From Candidatus Bipolaricaulia bacterium (lineage in GTDB: Bacteria; Bipolaricaulota; Bipolaricaulia; JBHIAT01): a stretch of 13,234 bases of DNA. Location: NCBI GenBank assembly GCA_046758705.1, contig JBHIAT010000101.1, positions 1 through 13,234 of the forward strand, read 5' to 3'. Within the stretch, counting starts at the first letter, position 1. Every line of letters begins with the position of its first letter. Below, piece by piece: positions 7,587-13,234 of the stretch. The position numbers and the translations under genes are program-made. The notes below the pieces were generated by a model. The model saw only the letters and a list, made by a program, of their open reading frames with translations, was not told the DNA's origin and searched no databases.

Positions 7587-8503
7587 GGTCTCTGCATCTC
7601 CCCCGTGAACTGGGATTTTATCTTACTTGCGAAAGTCTCAAGGGTGTGGAGGATGCTTTCATGGGACTGCGTCGACAGTTCGAAGACCATATGCTCGATG
7701 CCAACCTCCTGATATTGACCGATTATATCAATGATCTGTTGCACGCTTCCTGTTAATGAGCCCGTGCTGCGCGCTGGATAGGAGAGAATCTCTTTTGACA
7801 CGCCTTCGAGGAACAACAGAATACGGATAGACAGGGTGGGAGATCCAGGGCGTTTGTTCTTGTCCCAGAGCACCTGGAGATCCTTCCGACCCTTGGAAAC
7901 GGTGGCCGGATCGATTCTAACGGCATGCCATCCATCTCCCAGTTCAGCCACGCGGCGACGAGCTCGTCGGCTGTTCCCCCCGATCCAAATGGGGGGGTAA
8001 GGCTGCTGCACAGGGCGGGGGGATGTTTGCATATCCTGAAGGCGACTGTAGGTTCCTGTAAAGCTGACCACCTCATTGGTCCAAAGCTCCCGGATGAGGT
8101 GCAGGTTTTCGTCGCTCATCGCGCCCCGTTCCCCATACGGTCGTCCCAGGGCAACAAACTCTTCTTCCATCCAACCGACGGCAGCTCCGAAGATCAGACG
8201 ACCACCGGAGAGCTGATCGATGGTGGCCATCATTTTGGCGACAACGACAGGATGACGGTAGGGCAGGATGATCACGCTCGTTCCGAGCTTGACCCGCCGG
8301 GTCACAGCGGCCAGGTGACTGAGCAGTGCGATCGGTTCCAGCATGTTGTCTCGATAGATGATGTCGAATGTACGTGGAACTAGCAGGTGATCGGTGACCC
8401 AGATCGAATCGAAGCCGAGCTCCTCAGCCCGACGGGCCACTTCTAGAATCTGTTCGATATTTACAGGCTTTCCGTAATGAGGTATACAGATGCCGAATTG
8501 CAT
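7583..8503 (-). CDS. LLM-class (luciferase-like) oxidoreductase, probably F420-dependent
   Basis: AEELGFDSIWVTDH, LAAVTRRVKLGTSVIILPYRHP, TIDQLSGGRL, PPIWIGG, VAELGDGW. RBS AAGGAG. Confidence 0.9.
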   Translation of the reverse strand: MQFGICIPHYGKPVNIEQILEVARRAEELGFDSIWVTDHLLVPRTFDIIYRDNMLEPIALLSHLAAVTRRVKLGTSVIILPYRHPVVVAKMMATIDQLSGGRLIFGAAVGWMEEEFVALGRPYGERGAMSDENLHLIRELWTNEVVSFTGTYSRLQDMQTSPRPVQQPYPPIWIGGNSRRARRRVAELGDGWHAVRIDPATVSKGRKDLQVLWDKNKRPGSPTLSIRILLFLEGVSKEILSYPARSTGSLTGSVQQIIDIIGQYQEVGIEHMVFELSTQSHESILHTLETFASKIKSQFTGEMQRP

Positions 8504-8534
8504 GCTGATCTCCTTGATCCGATTCCGATATGAG

Positions 8535-8648
8535 TCACATCACGTGACCGCCTCCGACGAGGCAGAGGACATCCGGGTCGGTGCCCGCGACGGTCGCCAC
8601 GCGATCAATTGAGAAACCCGGAACGTCTTTCAATCTGTCAACAGTCAT
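8535..8648 (-). pseudogene. 37-codon ORF; probable N-terminal relic of a class I/II PLP aminotransferase
   Basis: ATG 8648 behind a purine-rich AGGGTAGGAAG gives MTVDRLKDVPGFSIDRVATVAGTDPDVLCLVGGGHVM*. The first ~30 aa recall, from memory, N-termini of the form ...IPGFxIDRVAxAAGxDPDVLRLENLD. Confidence 0.5.
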
Positions 8649-8674
8649 GACGTGCTTCCTACCCTCTTGAACCC

Positions 8675-9832
8675 TCAAGCCTTCAACGCCTGCTCAAAAT
8701 CCTCTATGAGCTCTTCAGTGGCTTCTATGCCGACCGATAATCGGATTAGACCATCGGAAACTCCCATCCTTTGTCGGTCTTCAGGGGAAAGACCGGCGTG
8801 CGAAGTCGTGGTCGGTCGGGTGATGAGTGTTTCAATGCTGCCGAGACTGGGGGCAACGATTGGCAAAGTCGTGTTTTGGATAAAGCGCTCCGCTGTCTCG
8901 ACACCGCCTTTCAATTCGAAACTCAACATACCACTGAAGCCATCAAATAACTCGCCAGCACGCTGATACCCGGGATGGCTTTCAAGACCTGGATAGTTAA
9001 CTTTTTCGATGGCTTGATGGCCGTCCAAAAATTTTGCGATTTTGAGCCCACTCTCATTCTGATACTTTACTCTGATCGCCAGTGTTTTCATACCGCGATG
9101 TAGCAGAAAACAGGCGTGAGGATCGAGCGAGCCACCGAGGTGGTTGAGCTTGTGCGTGATTGTTTCGATCAAGTCGGCATGGCCGATGACAGCCCCTGCC
9201 ACAATATCCGAATGACCGTTGAGGTATTTTGTGCAACTGTGGAGCGAAAGATCAAAGCCCCATTCAGGGGGTCGGAAATTGATCGGGCTCGCAAACGTGT
9301 TGTCGATCAGCGAAATGAGGCCATGCGTTCTGGCAAATTCGACGACCGCTTTGAGATCGGCAACTTGCATGAGGGGGTTGGTTATCGTTTCAACAAAAAT
9401 CGCTTTGGTATTGGGCCGCAATTTGCGTTTCCACGAATCTGGATCGCCACAGTCAATGAAATCAAATGAAATTCCAAATGTAGCGAAATCTTTGGTGATG
9501 AAGTCATACGTACCACCATATAGACACTCGTCTGTTAGCAAATGATCGCCTGAAGAGAGGACGGTTAAAAGGGTCGTTGAAATCGCCGCCATACCGCTGG
9601 AAGTCACAAGCGCGGCCTCAGCATTCTCTAACGCCGCCAGCTTTTGATGGAGGACAGCATGGTTCGGCGTGTTGTTCAAGCGGATGTATTTAAGGTCGTG
9701 ATAGCTGGTCTCCCCAGCGTATTCAAACATTGCAGACTGAAAAATCGGCATGCTGACGGCGCCGTTGATCCGTGGGTCAGGCTCACCGGCGTGGATGAGC
9801 TTGGTTTCCAGGTGTTTGTAGGTTTTGGTCAT
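8675..9832 (-). CDS. PLP-dependent trans-sulfuration enzyme (cystathionine gamma-synthase/lyase, methionine gamma-lyase family)
   Basis: SSGMAAI, LYGGT, ETITNP, IDNTFASP, PLP-lysine motif HSCTKYLNGHSD, APSLGSIETL, LIRLSVGIE. RBS AGGAGG. Confidence 0.93.
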   Translation of the reverse strand: MTKTYKHLETKLIHAGEPDPRINGAVSMPIFQSAMFEYAGETSYHDLKYIRLNNTPNHAVLHQKLAALENAEAALVTSSGMAAISTTLLTVLSSGDHLLTDECLYGGTYDFITKDFATFGISFDFIDCGDPDSWKRKLRPNTKAIFVETITNPLMQVADLKAVVEFARTHGLISLIDNTFASPINFRPPEWGFDLSLHSCTKYLNGHSDIVAGAVIGHADLIETITHKLNHLGGSLDPHACFLLHRGMKTLAIRVKYQNESGLKIAKFLDGHQAIEKVNYPGLESHPGYQRAGELFDGFSGMLSFELKGGVETAERFIQNTTLPIVAPSLGSIETLITRPTTTSHAGLSPEDRQRMGVSDGLIRLSVGIEATEELIEDFEQALKA

Positions 9833-9896
9833 GATGGGATCCTCCTAATTTCAAGAAATTATTCGACCCAGAACACCATAGCAGAAATGGGCAATG

Positions 9897-10697
9897 TCAA
9901 CCAGTCGCGGATATATAAGGACGGTAGGAAGCCCAGAAGATCAAGAAGGGTGCAGTCACAGCCATGAAATGTCCCCACGTCCCCGGTTCGGGATCTGGCT
10001 CATCGCCGGTTTCTTCCCACGCGGCCAGAATCACAAATCCTCGTTCGATCAGACTGTTCAACAATGTACTTAGGGTATGGCGGAACTCCCTGGGGCCTTT
10101 GATTCGTTTACGTGTGCCATCGCCGCCCTCAAAATCCCAGTACGGATTGTCGAGATCAATTTCGCCATCGGTGTAAGGATATTTTAGCCGATATCCGCTT
10201 TCATCCCACTGTTCATCGTCAACGCCATGGGTAAAGGGATTGTGACAGTGCAAGCAATAAAGGCCGTCTACGCGCAGCACACGAGCAACTTCGCGAAACA
10301 CCGTACGTGCATCCGGCACAAAATTCAGTGAATGCGCATGCCAGACAATGTCGAACGCCGCTGTTTCGAAACGTGAAAGATCACGCATGTCACCCTGAAA
10401 AGTTTCGATGTTTACATGGTAGTGCGCGGCTGCCTCCTGATCTCTGTTTAGCTGCGTTTCTGAAAGATCCAGGACGGTTACATTGGCCCCGAGCAACGCA
10501 AAAGCCACCGACTGTTGGCCTCCCCCACCTGCTAGGCAAAGGACGTCCTTACCGGCAACCTCTCCCATCATCCCCTCAGGATCGACCACTTCACGTGCAG
10601 AACGCGGGTCTAGATCAAGAAAAGGGCGAGAGTACTCCACATTGGCCTGAGCCAGCTCTTCCCATCGCTCTTTGTTGTATTTCGCTATATCATCCAT
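9897..10697 (-). CDS. Class I SAM-dependent methyltransferase (about 266 aa)
   Basis: Motif I VLCLAGGGGQQ, plus VLDLSETQL, QGDMRDLS and EVARVLR. Start placed at ATG 10697, just after the upstream stop at 10702. Confidence 0.88.
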   Translation of the reverse strand: MDDIAKYNKERWEELAQANVEYSRPFLDLDPRSAREVVDPEGMMGEVAGKDVLCLAGGGGQQSVAFALLGANVTVLDLSETQLNRDQEAAAHYHVNIETFQGDMRDLSRFETAAFDIVWHAHSLNFVPDARTVFREVARVLRVDGLYCLHCHNPFTHGVDDEQWDESGYRLKYPYTDGEIDLDNPYWDFEGGDGTRKRIKGPREFRHTLSTLLNSLIERGFVILAAWEETGDEPDPEPGTWGHFMAVTAPFLIFWASYRPYISATG

Positions 10698-10701
10698 GTG
10701 A

Positions 10702-11502
10702 TCAGTCGGTACCACCGAAGAACCGACGAAGAATGCTGCGCTTCTCCCGAGTATACTTCAACAAGCGACCCGAGAGCCAGAACACCCCGCTGACGATCCC
10801 ACCGACAACTGGAGGGACCTCAATGAACTCTGGATCGATCACAACATCGTAGACTCCGCCCAGAGTTTCCACCAAAGCCCAGTGGAAGGGTTCCTCAGTA
10901 AGGTCATTGAACTTCGATTCGCACTTCAGGACGTGGCCGGTGAAGATTGCGTACGCCTCTGGAGGTTCAATACTCTCCGCTTGGAGTGCAAGAAGACCAG
11001 ATGGTATAAACGACTGGGACGCAAACTTAAGTCCGTCCGTCTGGGATTCGTCGTATGCCTCAGGGGATTCGTACACGAGCAGCTCGTGCGCAAAGGCTGC
11101 AATCTGTGCTTTGGCAAGACTTGGGAGCCGAAGGTCCGAATAGGAATGAGAATCCGGACAGTCGAACACCAATGGATACGATCCTGTCTCTGGATCGTCC
11201 TCCTCAGGGTCGGCCCAGGCATAAAAGGCACCATCCAGCACGGTGTCGTCGGATCTGGTGACTGACTTTGTAAGTCCAACTCGGACGACGGAACTCCCGG
11301 TGAAATGCGGATTTATACCGATGAGGTTGTTTTGTCGATCGACCTGGAGCCATAGCTCGGCACCCGACTCAGAGGACCAACGGAAGTAGCGGCCTGATTT
11401 CACTTCGATCTGATCTGATATGGGTGCTACCCGTTCTGCAAGGGCCGCAAGCTCCTCTTTCGAAGCTACGCGCAACCCAATTGTAGAAAAATGACTAGGC
11501 AC
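10702..11502 (-). CDS. Hypothetical protein (266 aa)
   Basis: Long ORF with GTG start behind GGAGAGGAG, codirectional and abutting its neighbours. No catalytic motif recognised. Confidence 0.8.
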   Translation of the reverse strand: MPSHFSTIGLRVASKEELAALAERVAPISDQIEVKSGRYFRWSSESGAELWLQVDRQNNLIGINPHFTGSSVVRVGLTKSVTRSDDTVLDGAFYAWADPEEDDPETGSYPLVFDCPDSHSYSDLRLPSLAKAQIAAFAHELLVYESPEAYDESQTDGLKFASQSFIPSGLLALQAESIEPPEAYAIFTGHVLKCESKFNDLTEEPFHWALVETLGGVYDVVIDPEFIEVPPVVGGIVSGVFWLSGRLLKYTREKRSILRRFFGGTD

Positions 11503-11599
11503 TTGGCTCCTCTCCTACCCTAGAAAAGACTGAGTAACTATGATTATACGGGCAACGGTCCATCTAATCACCGACCGGATTGATCTTCACCCCCATCCG

Positions 11600-12150
11600 T
11601 CAAAGTTGGATCAGCGTTCCACCCATCGGAATTTGCACCTTGTCGAGCAGGCCGGCCTGCTCGAGCCTTTCACCGAGTTCCTTCCGTGTCAACAGGCAGT
11701 GGTTGATCGCCTCCATATGCACGGCGATCACCTGTGCATTTGGAGCCGTTTTGCAAACTTGGATCACGTCCTCAGCTGTCATGGTGATCGGATCACCTTC
11801 TAAGAACTGGGCTGCACCGGCATTCACGACGATCACATCGGGTTGATACTGTAGGATAGCCCGGTCAACGTCGGAGCACCAAATCGTATCCCCAGTGATA
11901 TAGAGGCAAGGAGCACCTTCGGCTCGCAGGATGAAGCCGGATACCGGACCCAACCTCCGACCAATCTCACCGGTGCCGTGCATTCCACCGGTCCGGACGA
12001 AGTGAATCCCTCTCCATTGAAACTCTGAGGCAACGGGCTGAACTGAAGCGAACCCCCCTTCACGGATACGATCTGCGCCCTCTGGCTGACAGAGCACCAG
12101 GAGATCTTTGGACAGGATCTCTATAGCCGTTTTGTCCCAATGATCAGAAT
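11600..12150 (-). pseudogene. 3' part of an MBL-fold metallo-hydrolase interrupted by the tnpB element
   Basis: Begins at (H)SDHWD, the second half of the HxHxDH motif. Downstream MBL motifs GMHG, LYITGDT and IAVHMEAINHC. The first residues of the ORF-track protein come from the IS end. Confidence 0.85.
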
Positions 12151-12330
12151 GTGACATCCTCCCCACGGCTAAAGCCGGGGGCTTCCGACATCGGAAGCAA
12201 AGGAGGTTGGCTTGTACCCAGACGAAAGTTCATCTGAGCCTGGAGCCTTGACGGGTATCACGCTCCGCTCTTCGTCGGGGGCCTGCCCCAACGACATCGA
12301 ACCCCGCTGGGCGAGGTTCATCGCCGCCAC
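12131..12330 (-). ncRNA. Predicted TnpB omega-RNA (reRNA): scaffold overlapping tnpB 3' end plus flank-derived guide; 5' boundary approximate
   Basis: Established TnpB architecture places the scaffold at the right end, ending TCAC (12151), with the guide taken from the adjacent flank ATTCTGATCATTGGGACAAA. The 5' boundary cannot be read from sequence. Confidence 0.55.
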
Positions 12331-13234
12331 GCGGTCAGGATCGGACTGGTATCCGCAGTCCTTGCAGCAGAACCATGACCATCCTCGGCGGTTGGACTTG
12401 GAGTTGAAGCCGCACTGTGGGCACGTGCGGGAGCTGGATTCGGGATTGACCCACACGGCGGGAACGCCCGCTAGCCGCGCTTTGTATTCAATGAATGAAG
12501 TCAACTGCTTGAACGCCCACGACGCCATCATCCGGTTGAACCGCCTGGAACCCCGTGCTCGTTCGCGGATGCCCGTGATGTTTTCCAAGGCAATAGCGCA
12601 TCCATGGGTCTTGGCGGCATCCACGATGCGGCGACTGATGAGGTGATTGACGGTTTTCATCCAGCGCTGCTCGCGTCCTTGCTCCCGCTTCATCCGGGCG
12701 CGGCGTCCGTTAGCTTGCAATGCAGAACGACGCTCGGACCACCGCTCTTTGCGCCATCGCGCGGGTCGTCCGTTGAAGAAGAGATTGATTTGGCCGTCGG
12801 TCGTGGCACAGACGGCATGTTTGACCACGCCCAAGTCCACACCGAGGACGCCTTGCGGTTCAACCTGTGGTTTGTCAATTACCAAGGACATCGTGAGCCA
12901 CCACGTCCCGGCTTGGCAAGAGAGTTCTGCTGAACCCTGCCGTGCGGAACCTCCGTACAGCATGGACAGCCTCTCATGGTGCCAGTGCGACAGAACGAGT
13001 GGGATCACCATGCGTCCCGGCAGCTTGACGAACCATGTGCCGTTCTCGTTTTGGACAAGCCGATACAGGTCTTGGCGAATAAGCATCGGCAAGTTCTCGG
13101 AGAAGGTCGGACGTTCGGCATCTCGTCCTTGGCGTCTGAGGGCGAGATACGACTTGAAGACGGACTGGGCCTTGAGCAATGCGCACTGGAGTACACCCGC
13201 ATTCAGATCGAACTGCTCACGCGCTGAGCTGTAT
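12151..13234 (-). mobile_element. IS200/IS605-family element (tnpB-bearing), partial; left end beyond window
   Basis: Right-end hairpin CCCCCGGCT-TT-AGCCGTGGGG (12181-12161) followed by AGGATGTCAC. The tnpB stop codon lies in the hairpin. Confidence 0.9.
12169..13233 (-). CDS. tnpB: RNA-guided endonuclease TnpB (5'-partial)
   Basis: RuvC-I GVDLG, RuvC-II IALENITGIR, Zn finger CPQCG...CKDCG, RuvC-III DPDRVAAMNL. The frame stays open upstream of 13179 to the window edge (YSSAREQFDLNAGVLQCALLK), so the true start is outside. Confidence 0.95.
   Translation of the reverse strand, partial: YSSAREQFDLNAGVLQCALLKAQSVFKSYLALRRQGRDAERPTFSENLPMLIRQDLYRLVQNENGTWFVKLPGRMVIPLVLSHWHHERLSMLYGGSARQGSAELSCQAGTWWLTMSLVIDKPQVEPQGVLGVDLGVVKHAVCATTDGQINLFFNGRPARWRKERWSERRSALQANGRRARMKREQGREQRWMKTVNHLISRRIVDAAKTHGCAIALENITGIRERARGSRRFNRMMASWAFKQLTSFIEYKARLAGVPAVWVNPESSSRTCPQCGFNSKSNRRGWSWFCCKDCGYQSDPDRVAAMNLAQRGSMSLGQAPDEERSVIPVKAPGSDELSSGYKPTSFASDVGSPRL

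Noticed and set aside
9875..9900. TTGACA...TATGGT promoter for the trans-sulfuration gene (minus strand)
   Set aside because: The spacer is only 14 nt. An extended -10 (TGcTATGGT) is possible but unsupported.
11600..12166. 188-aa ORF as an intact gene restarted from GTG 12166 or ATG 12157 inside the IS right end
   Set aside because: These starts belong to the element. GGAGG directly abuts the ATG, and the product would lack the N-terminal strands and the first His of HxHxDH.
50..13227. Plus-strand and nested alternative-frame ORFs in the track (e.g. 5700-6359, 10307-10852, 3599-4078)
   Set aside because: They overlap well-supported minus-strand genes, have no recognisable motifs, and are expected shadow ORFs in GC-rich DNA.
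12151..13234. IStron (group I intron-IS chimera) that would splice out and rescue the MBL gene
   Set aside because: Group I introns end in G, whereas this element ends TCAC. No intron core is visible in the window, although the left end is not available.
1..13234. CRISPR array, tRNA or rRNA genes
   Set aside because: No regularly spaced direct repeats or RNA gene signatures seen. The TnpB here is IS-associated rather than CRISPR-associated within the visible sequence.

Overview
Bacterial accessory region in which every supported protein-coding gene is on the minus strand. In order: glutamine-dependent NAD+ synthetase (nadE), DUF427 protein, class I SAM methyltransferase, C-terminally truncated lipoprotein, RraA-family protein, stand-alone 2-oxoacid dehydrogenase E2-type acyltransferase domain, a small glycogen-binding (isoamylase early-set/CBM48-like) gene split by a complete IS630 element (TA duplication, -1 frameshifted transposase), type 1 glutamine amidotransferase, LLM-class (F420-type) oxidoreductase, a 37-codon relic of a probable aminotransferase, a Cys/Met trans-sulfuration PLP enzyme, a second methyltransferase, a hypothetical protein, and an MBL-fold hydrolase interrupted in its HxHxDH motif by an IS200/IS605 element carrying a catalytically intact tnpB that runs off the right edge. 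Two more IS200/IS605-type end hairpins are present: one at the left edge and one orphan at about 2.4 kb that closely resembles the right end of the tnpB element. There are weak hints of integron-like G|TTAG junctions. I see no convincing novel multi-gene system. The most interesting signals are the TnpB/omega-RNA ends and the precise gene breakpoints. Product calls come from motif recognition only; no database searches were run.
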